Source: Candidatus Moraniibacteriota bacterium
Lineage (GTDB): Bacteria; Patescibacteriota; Minisyncoccia; Moranbacterales; UBA2206
Direction of reading: 5' to 3'
Length of the DNA stretch: 52,560 nt
Assembly (NCBI GenBank): GCA_030679995.1
Contig: JAUXSK010000009.1
Span: 1 to 52,560 of the forward strand
Every line of letters starts with the position of its first letter. Position 1 is the first letter of the stretch. Position numbers and translations under genes: made by a program. The notes under the pieces were generated by a model. The model was not told the DNA's origin. It saw nothing but the letters and a program-made list of their open reading frames with translations, and did not search any database. This document shows, piece by piece, positions 25,950-36,319 of this stretch.

Positions 25950-27461
25950 ATGAATACGAAGGATTATATCGTCGATCAGCTGAAAAAACAATTGGAAAAT
26001 TTTGAAACTGCGACACAGACTGAGAAAATCGGGACGGTAGTGGAGGTCGGGGATGGCGTGGCGAAAATTTCCGGGTTGTCCGATGCGATGGCCAGTGAAA
26101 TGTTGGATTTCGGCAACGGGATTTTCGGTGTGGCTCTCAATCTAGAGGAAGGCGCCGTGGGTGCGATGATTCTGGGATCTTATGAAGGTATCAAGGAAGG
26201 GGATATCGTCAAATCGACCGGCAAAATCTTGTCGGTGCCGGTGGGCGATATGATGATCGGGCGGGTAGTGAGCCCGTTAGGAGAGGCGATTGATGGCAAA
26301 GGCGAAATAAAATCCGAAACGTATTATCCGGTGGAAAAAATCGCGCCGGGAGTTATAACCAGAAAATCGGTAAGCGTACCGGTGCAAACCGGTATTAAAG
26401 CGATTGACGCGGTTATTCCGGTCGGACGCGGCCAGCGGGAGCTTATTATCGGGGACAGACAGACTGGTAAAACAGCGGTGGCGGTCGATGCGATTATCAA
26501 TCAGAAGGGACAAGATTTGATTTGTATTTATGTGGCTATCGGTCAAAAGGAATCCAAGATCGCGAGGATCGTGGCGGAGCTGGAAAAACGCGGGGCGATG
26601 GAACATACGATTATGGTCGTGGCCGGCGCCTCTGATCCAGCGGCGCTATCATTCATCTCTCCATATGCCGGTTGCGCGATGGGGGAATATTTTTTAGACA
26701 AAGGCAAGGATGTTTTGATAATCTATGATGATCTGAGCAAACACGCTTGGGCCTATCGCCAAATTTCCTTGATTTTGCGCCGGCCACCGGGACGCGAAGC
26801 TTATCCGGGGGATATTTTTTATCTGCATTCAAGACTTCTGGAAAGATCGGCGCGCCTGAATGAAGATTTTGGCGGCGGCTCAATTACGGCTTTGCCGATC
26901 ATTGAAACGCAAGCGGGCGATGTTTCAGCTTATATCCCGACCAATGTCATTTCCATTACGGATGGCCAGATATATTTGGAAACAGATCTTTTCTATAAAG
27001 GCATCCGCCCGGCGCTGAATGTCGGTTTGTCCGTTTCCCGCGTAGGTTCCGCGGCGCAGACCAAGGCGATGAAAAAAGTGGCTGGAAAGTTGCGGCTTGA
27101 TCTGGCGCAGTTCCGTGAGTTGGAAGCGTTCGCGCAATTTGGATCGGATTTGGATGAAAATACCCGCCGCCAAATCGAGCGTGGAAGAAGGACGGTTGAA
27201 ATTTTGAAACAGGACCAATATGAGCCGATGGCGATGCAAAACCAAGTCGCTATCCTCTATGCCTTGACCAATGGATTTTTGGATGATGTAGCGGTGGAAA
27301 AAGTGAAATTTTGGGAAAATGATTTCCATAAGTATCTGAAATCCAATTCGAAAGAGATGTTGGAAATGATCGCGGAAAAGAAAGAGTTGAACGAGGAAGT
27401 GGTGGCGGCTTTGGAAAAAGCGATCAAGGAATTCAAGGAAATTTATCAGAACGGGAATTAA
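25950..27461 (+). CDS. atpA: F0F1 ATP synthase subunit alpha
   Basis: Walker A GDRQTGKT. Strong full-length alpha-subunit similarity. Confidence 0.97.
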   Translation: MNTKDYIVDQLKKQLENFETATQTEKIGTVVEVGDGVAKISGLSDAMASEMLDFGNGIFGVALNLEEGAVGAMILGSYEGIKEGDIVKSTGKILSVPVGDMMIGRVVSPLGEAIDGKGEIKSETYYPVEKIAPGVITRKSVSVPVQTGIKAIDAVIPVGRGQRELIIGDRQTGKTAVAVDAIINQKGQDLICIYVAIGQKESKIARIVAELEKRGAMEHTIMVVAGASDPAALSFISPYAGCAMGEYFLDKGKDVLIIYDDLSKHAWAYRQISLILRRPPGREAYPGDIFYLHSRLLERSARLNEDFGGGSITALPIIETQAGDVSAYIPTNVISITDGQIYLETDLFYKGIRPALNVGLSVSRVGSAAQTKAMKKVAGKLRLDLAQFRELEAFAQFGSDLDENTRRQIERGRRTVEILKQDQYEPMAMQNQVAILYALTNGFLDDVAVEKVKFWENDFHKYLKSNSKEMLEMIAEKKELNEEVVAALEKAIKEFKEIYQNGN

Positions 27462-27574
27462 CAATTTTAAATTATAAATTTGAAATTTTAAATCAATATT
27501 TAATTTCCAAATGAATAAATTTTTACTCATTCAGAATTCATTTTAAATTTAAAATTGAAAATTTAAAATTAATC
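27461..27574 (+). repeat. AT-rich intergenic element, copy 1 (atpA-atpG spacer)
   Basis: 114 nt. The first ~53 nt differ at 4 positions from 30132 onward. The last 38 nt (27537-27574) are identical to 30216-30253. Termini are aattttaaatt / aaatttaaaatt. Confidence 0.9.
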
Positions 27575-27578
27575 AGTT

Positions 27579-28532
27579 ATGGCATCAACACGCGACATCA
27601 GACGACGCATAAAATCCGTCGGCAATACCCAAAAAATAACCCGAGCGATGGAGATGGTTTCGGCTGCCAAGATGAGGAAATCGGTAGCGAGCGTTTTGGC
27701 GATCCGGCCGTATGCCCATGCCGCTTGGAGCGTCCTGACTAATTTGTCGCGGGCTTTTGCGGAATATAGGTCGGGGCTTTTGGAAGTGCGCAAAGTGAGA
27801 CGGGTCCTGGCTATCGCCATAACGTCGAACAAAGGTTTATGCGGGGCTTTCAACGCGCAACTTTCCAAGAAAATACGTGAAGAAATAGCCCATCCGGAAA
27901 ATTTGATGATCAATAGGATCGGAGATGAAAAAATCATATCCAAAGCTGAGGAAATTGAGATTGATTTTGTTACGATCGGCAAGAAAGGCGAGAATACGGT
28001 GCGCAAAGCCGGAAAAAATATCATAGCTTCTTTCAACGACCTGACGTATTTGCCTAAAATTGACGATGTGCGTATCGTAAGTAAAGTGGTGATGGATGAC
28101 TACTTGGCTAAAAAATATGACAAGGTGGTTATTTTTTATACTGATTATGTTTCGGCGATGAACCAGCAGACGAAAGTCCGCCAGCTTTTGCCAATTTCGA
28201 AGATAGACTTGGAAAAACAAATCGCTGCAATGGATGTTCTGGCGAAAGAATATGGACTGGACGAACCTGTGCGGGAATATAAGGTTGAGCCGGCTCCGGA
28301 AACCGTTTTGGAATATGTTTTGCCACGGTTGATCGAAATGCAGATTTATCATGCGATTTTGGAATCCAATGCTTCCAAGGAATCGGCGCGGATGATGGCG
28401 ATGCGCGGAGCGACGGAAGCTGCCGGAGAGATGCGGGATGATCTGACATTTGCCTATAATCAGATCCGCCAGATGAAGATTACGCAAGAAATAGCGGAGA
28501 TTTCAGCTGGACGGGCGGCGCTGGAAAGTTAA
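27579..28532 (+). CDS. atpG: F0F1 ATP synthase subunit gamma
   Basis: N-terminus RDIRRRIKSVGNTQKITRAMEMVSAAK and C-terminus ITQEIAEISAG. Confidence 0.93.
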   Translation: MASTRDIRRRIKSVGNTQKITRAMEMVSAAKMRKSVASVLAIRPYAHAAWSVLTNLSRAFAEYRSGLLEVRKVRRVLAIAITSNKGLCGAFNAQLSKKIREEIAHPENLMINRIGDEKIISKAEEIEIDFVTIGKKGENTVRKAGKNIIASFNDLTYLPKIDDVRIVSKVVMDDYLAKKYDKVVIFYTDYVSAMNQQTKVRQLLPISKIDLEKQIAAMDVLAKEYGLDEPVREYKVEPAPETVLEYVLPRLIEMQIYHAILESNASKESARMMAMRGATEAAGEMRDDLTFAYNQIRQMKITQEIAEISAGRAALES

Positions 28533-28727
28533 ATTATAAATATGCCCAAGGCGGGAAGGAATTGCACAAGATATGGATGCGGGAACGAAGCAGGCGCTCC
28601 CAATGTCGGGAAAGAAAAATTTAGGAGCGGAAACTTTAAATAATCAAAAGCATAGATCGCAGCAAATATCGGTTTTATCGCATTGGTAGCGGATGTTCGT
28701 GCAATAATTTTTTTAAATAATTTTTAG

Positions 28728-30116
<1,389 letters not shown>

Positions 30117-30131
30117 AACATTTTTTATTTC

Positions 30132-30253
30132 ACAATTTTAAATTAAAAATTTGAAATTTTAAATAAATATTTAATTCCTAAATGTTTAAATGATTAAAAA
30201 TTTATTCATTGGGATTTCATTTTAAATTTAAAATTGAAAATTTAAAATTAATC
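30132..30253 (+). repeat. AT-rich intergenic element, copy 2 (atpD-atpC spacer)
   Basis: 122 nt, homologous to 27461-27574 and ending 2 nt before the atpC ATG. Confidence 0.9.
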
Positions 30254-30255
30254 TT

Positions 30256-30693
30256 ATGGGTTCACGAATAAAATTTAAGATTGTCACTCCCGAAAAAACC
30301 GTTTTTGAAGCGGAGGTTTTCCAGGCGACTTTGCCGGTGACGGACGGGGAAGTCACTATCCTGCCTAATCATAGATCATATATCGCTTCGCTTAAGGCCG
30401 GGGAAGTCTGCTTGAAGTCTGATGCGGGAGATGTTTGTTTGGCTGTTTCGGGCGGATTTATCGAATTCAACCAGAATAATCTGGTGGTTTTGGCTGATAC
30501 GGCTGAACGGGCTGAAGAGATCGATTTGGCGCGAGCTGAGGAAGCGAGAATACGGGCGGAAGAGTTAAAGAAAGAAAAAATCGAAATGGATGATAGTGAA
30601 TATGCGCGCGTGGCGGCGGCCGTCGAAAAAGAGATGACTAGGATAAGGGTCGCTAAAAAACATCGCACGGTAACTGGTATGCATCTTGACTAA
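30256..30693 (+). CDS. atpC: F0F1 ATP synthase subunit epsilon
   Basis: 145 aa. The N-terminal beta-sandwich (KFKIVTPEK...) and the C-terminal helical hairpin are present. Confidence 0.9.
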   Translation: MGSRIKFKIVTPEKTVFEAEVFQATLPVTDGEVTILPNHRSYIASLKAGEVCLKSDAGDVCLAVSGGFIEFNQNNLVVLADTAERAEEIDLARAEEARIRAEELKKEKIEMDDSEYARVAAAVEKEMTRIRVAKKHRTVTGMHLD

Positions 30694-30720
30694 AATACCC
30701 AAGAGAGTATAACAGAAAAT

Positions 30721-31254
30721 ATGGCTTTTATTAAATTATTAAAAATATTATTTTTTGGTCCGAAGGTCACTGAATCGGAATCCGGATTGTCTGGACCCAA
30801 GGATCAAGAAATTCAAAATATCGGTGAAGAAATAAAGAAAGAGGTAGAACGTCTTTACGGCGGGCGTTCTTTACGTATCCGCGCCGTGGATGGCGGATCA
30901 ACCAATGCTGAGGAGATCGAACTGACCGCTTTGCTTAATGCCTACTATGATATCGACAGGTTTGGTTTGAGTTTTGTAGCTTCGCCACGTCATGCCGATA
31001 TGCTGTTCGTAACCGGACCGGTCACGAGAAACCTTGAGGCGGCAGTCAAGAAAACTTATCAGGCAGCCCCGGAGCCTTGCATCGTAGTTGCGATCGGGGA
31101 CGGAGCCTGTACGGGCGGCATCTGGAATGATTCGTACGCGGTAGTCGGATCTGTAGATAAAGTTATCCCGGTACATATCCGGATTCCAGGCGATCCGCCA
31201 ACCCCGACAGAAATCTTAAAGGGGGTGCTTGGCGCGCTTCGCGGTAAAAAATAA
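30721..31254 (+). CDS. NuoB/HycG/HyfI-like small subunit, degenerate (Fe-S ligands mostly lost)
   Basis: Contains FVASPRHADMLFVTGPVT, GDGACTGG and IPGDPPTP. Family similarity is clear, but the Cys ligands are replaced (see findings). Confidence 0.85.
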   Translation: MAFIKLLKILFFGPKVTESESGLSGPKDQEIQNIGEEIKKEVERLYGGRSLRIRAVDGGSTNAEEIELTALLNAYYDIDRFGLSFVASPRHADMLFVTGPVTRNLEAAVKKTYQAAPEPCIVVAIGDGACTGGIWNDSYAVVGSVDKVIPVHIRIPGDPPTPTEILKGVLGALRGKK

Positions 31255-31265
31255 ATAGCAATACG

Positions 31266-33260
31266 ATGGAAAACTTTATTATTTATGGGGTTTATATTTA
31301 TTTGACTGGAATGCTGGTTTCGGCGGGTATGTCCCTTCTTAGGAATCATTTCCGTTTCGCAAACGCAATTCTGTTTTTATCCAATTTGGCCGGATTTTCA
31401 GCTATGGTCGCATATCTGGCGAATTTTCCCGGCAGGGAATTGGTGATTTTGCAGACTGGATTTTTTTTCGACTTGAAACTGTCGTTGGATTACCTGTCTT
31501 CGATTTTTTTACTTCTGACTAGCGGAATTTCCGGGCTAGTTGTCGTTTATAGCGCGGAATACCTCGATCGTTATCGGAAAACATATGATATCCAAAGCGT
31601 CCAATCGCTTATGGGAATTTTTATTTTTGGAATGGTCGGCGTCCTTTTGTCTGCCAATGTCGTCGGATTTATGGTTTTTTGGGAAATTATGTCGTTCGCT
31701 TCTTTTTTTCTGGTGATGTCCGATCGGACAAAAGAATCATTGCATGCCGCCTTTATTTATTTTGTGATGACCCACTTGGGGGCAGGAGCGATTTTAGGCG
31801 GATTTTTGATTTTAAGCGGAGGTTCGCTGGGTTTTGAAATCAGCGGAATCGCCGCCGCTTCGCGAAACATCCCGCCTGATTTTCTTACGGTAGCGTTCTT
31901 GCTGTTCTTTTTTGGGTTTGGATCCAAAGCGGGCCTTATCCCGTTCCATATCTGGCTGCCGGAAGCTCATCCGCAGGCACCGACGAATATTTCCGCCCTG
32001 ATGTCCGGATTGATGTTAAAAATAGCGGTGTATGGTTTTTTGAAAACCGTTATGATGTTTTTCCATATCCCGATCTGGGCGGCTTTGCTGGTAATATCGC
32101 TGGGAATCATTTCAGCGTTACTAGGTGCGTTGTATGCGGTCGTGGAGAAAGATATTAAAAAGGCTTTCGCTTATTCCAGTATTGAAAATATGGGTATTAT
32201 TTTTTTGATGCTAGGTATGGCGATGTGCGTTATGGCCAAAAGGACGGCTGGGGAAATCCCTTTGGCAGCTATCCTGCTTGTCACTTATGCGATTTTTCAC
32301 GCGATCAACCACGCCATATTCAAGACAGGCCTGTTTTTATCCAGCGGGGTCATTATTAATAGGACGCATTCCAAAAGTTTGGATATGATGGGCGGTCTTG
32401 CCAAGGCGATGCCGATCTTCTCCTTCATTTTCTTGATTATCATATTAGCTTCAGCTGCATTGCCTCCGTTCGGAACTTTTTATGGGGAATGGGGCTTTAT
32501 CCGGGCGCTTATTGATTTGTTGCAAATTTCCGGAACGAAATTCGCATCCGTTACCGTCTTCTTGACCGTCTTGGCGTTATTCGCCCTTGTGAGCGGACTG
32601 GCTACTTTCGCGATGATAAAAATCTATGCCATTTCTATGCTTGGCCTTCCGAAACTGGAAAGGCATTCCGACGAAAAGACAGACGACGGATTGTTCGTTA
32701 TTCCTTTGGCGGTTATCGGTTTTGTGATGGTCGCTCTGGGAATTTTCGCGAAAAATATCTTAGGCTGGCTTTCTGGCCATATCGGGGAAGTATTTTTCGG
32801 ATATGCGGGGGATATTCCGGATGTCCAAATATCATCAGCGCAGGTCTTTGTCATAGTTGCCGCTTTCCTGCTCTTATCCGCGGCCGTATATAAACTCCTA
32901 TCCGGCAATGGAAGAAAGGAACGGGAATATGATACTTGGAATTGCGGACAACCGATCGACGCCAGTATGGAATATACGGCAACCGCTTTCTCCGCCCCGA
33001 TACGGTTTTTCTTTCTGCCTCTTTTGCAGCGCAGAAAAACCATCATATCCGTACCGGTCGTAAATACGAATCCTTGGATCTCAAAGAAATCTTTTTCTTT
33101 AGACATCACTTCCGTTTGGTATGACAGGCTATATAAGCCGGCGGCAAAATATGTCTTCTGGCTGGCTGAAAAAGTGAGATTGGTCCATACTGGACGGATC
33201 CAATATTATCTATTGCTATTGCTTTCCGCCATAATTATCACATTAATGATAGCCCTATGA
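31266..33260 (+). CDS. HyfB/HycC/NuoL-like antiporter-type membrane subunit
   Basis: 664 aa. Contains WEIMS and GFGSKAGLIPFHIWLPEAHPQAPTNISALMSG, the Proton_antipo_M core. Confidence 0.85.
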   Translation: MENFIIYGVYIYLTGMLVSAGMSLLRNHFRFANAILFLSNLAGFSAMVAYLANFPGRELVILQTGFFFDLKLSLDYLSSIFLLLTSGISGLVVVYSAEYLDRYRKTYDIQSVQSLMGIFIFGMVGVLLSANVVGFMVFWEIMSFASFFLVMSDRTKESLHAAFIYFVMTHLGAGAILGGFLILSGGSLGFEISGIAAASRNIPPDFLTVAFLLFFFGFGSKAGLIPFHIWLPEAHPQAPTNISALMSGLMLKIAVYGFLKTVMMFFHIPIWAALLVISLGIISALLGALYAVVEKDIKKAFAYSSIENMGIIFLMLGMAMCVMAKRTAGEIPLAAILLVTYAIFHAINHAIFKTGLFLSSGVIINRTHSKSLDMMGGLAKAMPIFSFIFLIIILASAALPPFGTFYGEWGFIRALIDLLQISGTKFASVTVFLTVLALFALVSGLATFAMIKIYAISMLGLPKLERHSDEKTDDGLFVIPLAVIGFVMVALGIFAKNILGWLSGHIGEVFFGYAGDIPDVQISSAQVFVIVAAFLLLSAAVYKLLSGNGRKEREYDTWNCGQPIDASMEYTATAFSAPIRFFFLPLLQRRKTIISVPVVNTNPWISKKSFSLDITSVWYDRLYKPAAKYVFWLAEKVRLVHTGRIQYYLLLLLSAIIITLMIAL

Positions 33261-34849
33261 TGCAGATAACAAATATTATCATCCAATTTATTTTCGTTGC
33301 CGCGGTGGCGCCGTTCGCGGCTGGGTTCGTGCGTCTGGTAAAAGCCAGATTGCAAGGAAGAAAAGGAGCTTCGCCATTTTTGGAATACGCGGCTTTGGCG
33401 ACGTTATTGAAAAAGGAAATGGTCATTCCAAGTGCCAGCTCCTGGGTGTTCCGCCTGGTTCCGTTCGTCGTATTGGCTAGCTCGCTTTGCTTCGCGTTTC
33501 TGGTCCCGACAATTTTCCATCTCGGCAGCCTGGCGGGGATGAGTGATTTTTTGGTAATCGCGGGGATTCTGATGACTGGATCGGTTTTCTTGGTGTTAGG
33601 TGGTCTTGATCCGGGCAGCGCATTTGGCGGAATGGGGGCGAGCCGCGAAATGACCATCGCCGCTTTGCTTGAGCCGACGATGATTATGGTTTTCGCCGCA
33701 TTCGGATTCGTAACGAATTCATTTACGATCGACGGGATGATGGTCGAAGGCATCATTATGACTAACCCCTTCCTGCTTCTGTCCGTGGTCGGACTGGTTA
33801 TGCTGGCCTTAGGAGAGAACGCGCGTTATCCAGTGGATAATCCGGCGACCCATCTCGAATTGACTATGGTGCATGAAGCGATGATCCTTGAATATTCCGG
33901 TCCGTACCTGGCGATGTTGGAATATGCTTCAGCGATCAAATTGACAGTCTTCGCTTTCCTGGTCAGCAATCTGATTTTTCCTGGATCATTGCAAATTGCC
34001 GGAGCGGGAATTCCCGCTGTTATATCTGGTTTGTTATTGGCCGTGTTAAAAATCACGATCGTGATGGCTCTCTTGGCCCTGCTTGAATCGACGATTGTCA
34101 AGATGCGTTTCTATCGGATGCAGGAATATGTGTCAGTTTCTTTTTTCGCCGCTTTTTTCGGTATGGCGGCGGCCGTCCTGTCCCAGCAGGTCGATTTTCT
34201 AGTCAATTATACCGTTTTTTTCGTATCCCTCACAATCTTATTTACCGTTTTCGTTTTTGGAAACCTGAGGATTACGCCCGTTTTGCGTTATTATGTCTTT
34301 TCTTCTCTGGCCATTGCCGGCATTGCGGCTTCATTGGGATTTTCTGATATCGGGGAGGCAAAGCATATGTTTTTCTTCGCGCTGGTGACTGTGTTAGTGA
34401 AAGCCGTTTGCGTGCCGCTGGTCATTATGTATGCGGTCAACCGCTATGAGAAAATCAATCAATTCCAGACATTTTTACGGCCGGCTTCCAGTTATTTATT
34501 ATCCGGCGTGATCATCGCGATCGCATTTTTCGTAACAAGCCGGATTTCCTTGATCGAGGGGCCGGTCTGGCCGGGAATCTTGTTCGCGTCTATCGCGCTT
34601 ATAATGCTGGGCATTATGAAAATGGTCATTATGCGTAATATCTATTCTCAGATAATCGGACTTTTGGTTTTGGAAAACGGGCTGGCCTTATTCACTTTAG
34701 TCACCGTCAAGACGCTGCCTGTCGTAATCGAATTGGGGATTTTCGCGATTACGCTGGCCAGCGTGTTTATTTTGGCGAAATTAAGTACTAACATCAAGGA
34801 GTTGTATGGTTCGACGGATACCGAAGAACTGCGCAATTTAGTCGACTAA
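33257..34849 (+). CDS. Fusion of a HycD/HyfC (NuoH-like) subunit and a HyfE-like subunit
   Basis: The N-terminal ~310 aa carry ENARYPVDNPATHLELTMVHEAMILEYSG (HycD signature). The C-terminal ~215 aa carry GLLVLENGLALF ... ELYGSTDTEELRNL (HyfE-like). The ATGA junction overlaps the upstream gene. Confidence 0.8.
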   Translation: MMQITNIIIQFIFVAAVAPFAAGFVRLVKARLQGRKGASPFLEYAALATLLKKEMVIPSASSWVFRLVPFVVLASSLCFAFLVPTIFHLGSLAGMSDFLVIAGILMTGSVFLVLGGLDPGSAFGGMGASREMTIAALLEPTMIMVFAAFGFVTNSFTIDGMMVEGIIMTNPFLLLSVVGLVMLALGENARYPVDNPATHLELTMVHEAMILEYSGPYLAMLEYASAIKLTVFAFLVSNLIFPGSLQIAGAGIPAVISGLLLAVLKITIVMALLALLESTIVKMRFYRMQEYVSVSFFAAFFGMAAAVLSQQVDFLVNYTVFFVSLTILFTVFVFGNLRITPVLRYYVFSSLAIAGIAASLGFSDIGEAKHMFFFALVTVLVKAVCVPLVIMYAVNRYEKINQFQTFLRPASSYLLSGVIIAIAFFVTSRISLIEGPVWPGILFASIALIMLGIMKMVIMRNIYSQIIGLLVLENGLALFTLVTVKTLPVVIELGIFAITLASVFILAKLSTNIKELYGSTDTEELRNLVD

Positions 34850-34853
34850 TCAT

Positions 34854-36308
34854 ATGATGGCGATAATCATAACAATTTTTCTATTTGGCGCGCTGTTGCC
34901 GCAATTTTTAAAAGACGAAAAGCACATCCGCCGGGGCGCCGTTTGGGCGGCGTCCGCTGGGGGATTGGCGGTCTCCGTTTTTGCTTTGCCGGTGCTTTTC
35001 GGGAAAGAACCGTCTTGGTCCGATAGTTGGTGGATGATCGATCCTTTCTCGGCATTGATGGCATCCCTGATAGTTTTCACCTATATGGCGGCGATAGTCG
35101 TAAGTTATCGGTATATCGGGCATGAATACCAAGATGGGATAGTGGGCGTTTCCCAAGTCAGGATGTATTTTTCCCTGATCAGTTTATTCGAGCTTTCAAT
35201 GTTAGCCGTAGTTTTTGCTGATAACGCGATGTTGATGTGGTTGTCGCTTGAAGGTACGACGCTCTTCTCGGCTTTCCTAGTCGGATTATATAAGAAGAAG
35301 ACCTCCGTCGAAGCGGCTTGGAAATATGTCATACTTTGTTCGACGGGCATCACGCTGGGACTTGCCGGCGTGTTATTGATGAATTACGCAGGTGATTCGC
35401 TTAATTTGGATGATAATTTTTTCTCGTTGCTGTTTCTAACTGAGAATGCCCATCTTCTTCCTCCGGAAATTATCAAGTGGGCTTTTGTGTTCCTATTTGT
35501 GGGTTTCGGCACCAAGGTCGGTTTGGTTCCGATGCACGCTTGGCTGCCGGATGCGCACAGCAAGGCGCCATCGCCGATTTCAGCCCTGTTTTCAGGAGTG
35601 TTATTGAATGTCGCCCTTTATGTCATTATTCGGTTCAAACATATCGCGGACAGCGCGCTGGGCGGTTCGGAGTGGACGAATGGGTTCTTCTTGGTCTTTG
35701 GTTTGCTATCGATCGCTTTGCCGGCTTTGGCGTTGCTTATCCAGGATAATTACAAGCGTATGCTGGCCTATTCCAGTATCGAACATATGGGATTGATGTC
35801 TTTGGCGATCGCTTTTTCCCCATTAGGTCTGGTAGCTGCGTTCATCCATATGATCGGGCATACGTTTACCAAGTCGGCTTTGTTTTTCGGAGCCGGCGAA
35901 TTTTTACTTAAATGGAAAACCACCAAAATCAGCAAAATCGGTTCCACGATTAACCATGCCCCGTATACCAGCGTGCTTTTTTTAGTCGGAATTTTGGCGA
36001 TTATCGCCGCTCCTCCGTCAGTGATTTTTTTTAGCGAATTCATTCTTTTCTCCCGGATGTTTTCCACACATTGGATTTTGGCGATCTGCACTTTGATCGC
36101 TATGAGTCTCGTCGCATTTTCAATGCTGCATCTGGCAATCAGGCTGGTTTTTGAAGGGGAGAGCGAGGAAAAAATGGAGAAAGAAAAATGGAACAGCACC
36201 CATACTGTCATATCGATCGAGTTGGTCTTGGCATTCGGACTGTCTTTCGTCCTGATTTCCCCGCCAGGCCTTGCCTTTATCGAGTCGCTGGTTAAAATCG
36301 TCAATTAA
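34854..36308 (+). CDS. HyfF/NuoM-N-like antiporter-type membrane subunit
   Basis: 484 aa. Contains GFGTKVGLVPMHAWLPDAHSKAPSPISALFSG. Confidence 0.85.
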   Translation: MMAIIITIFLFGALLPQFLKDEKHIRRGAVWAASAGGLAVSVFALPVLFGKEPSWSDSWWMIDPFSALMASLIVFTYMAAIVVSYRYIGHEYQDGIVGVSQVRMYFSLISLFELSMLAVVFADNAMLMWLSLEGTTLFSAFLVGLYKKKTSVEAAWKYVILCSTGITLGLAGVLLMNYAGDSLNLDDNFFSLLFLTENAHLLPPEIIKWAFVFLFVGFGTKVGLVPMHAWLPDAHSKAPSPISALFSGVLLNVALYVIIRFKHIADSALGGSEWTNGFFLVFGLLSIALPALALLIQDNYKRMLAYSSIEHMGLMSLAIAFSPLGLVAAFIHMIGHTFTKSALFFGAGEFLLKWKTTKISKIGSTINHAPYTSVLFLVGILAIIAAPPSVIFFSEFILFSRMFSTHWILAICTLIAMSLVAFSMLHLAIRLVFEGESEEKMEKEKWNSTHTVISIELVLAFGLSFVLISPPGLAFIESLVKIVN

Positions 36309-36319
36309 ATTATATTCGT

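Noticed and set aside
28542-28643. A 33-codon ORF (MPKAGRNCTRYGCGNEAGAPNVGKEKFRSGNFK) in the 207-nt atpG-atpD spacer.
   Set aside because: It has no SD and no recognisable motif, and it is too short to evaluate. Its first ~15 nt resemble the GC-hairpin end of the repeat at 1-20, so it may be a repeat remnant. It is worth a look only if the sequence is conserved in relatives.
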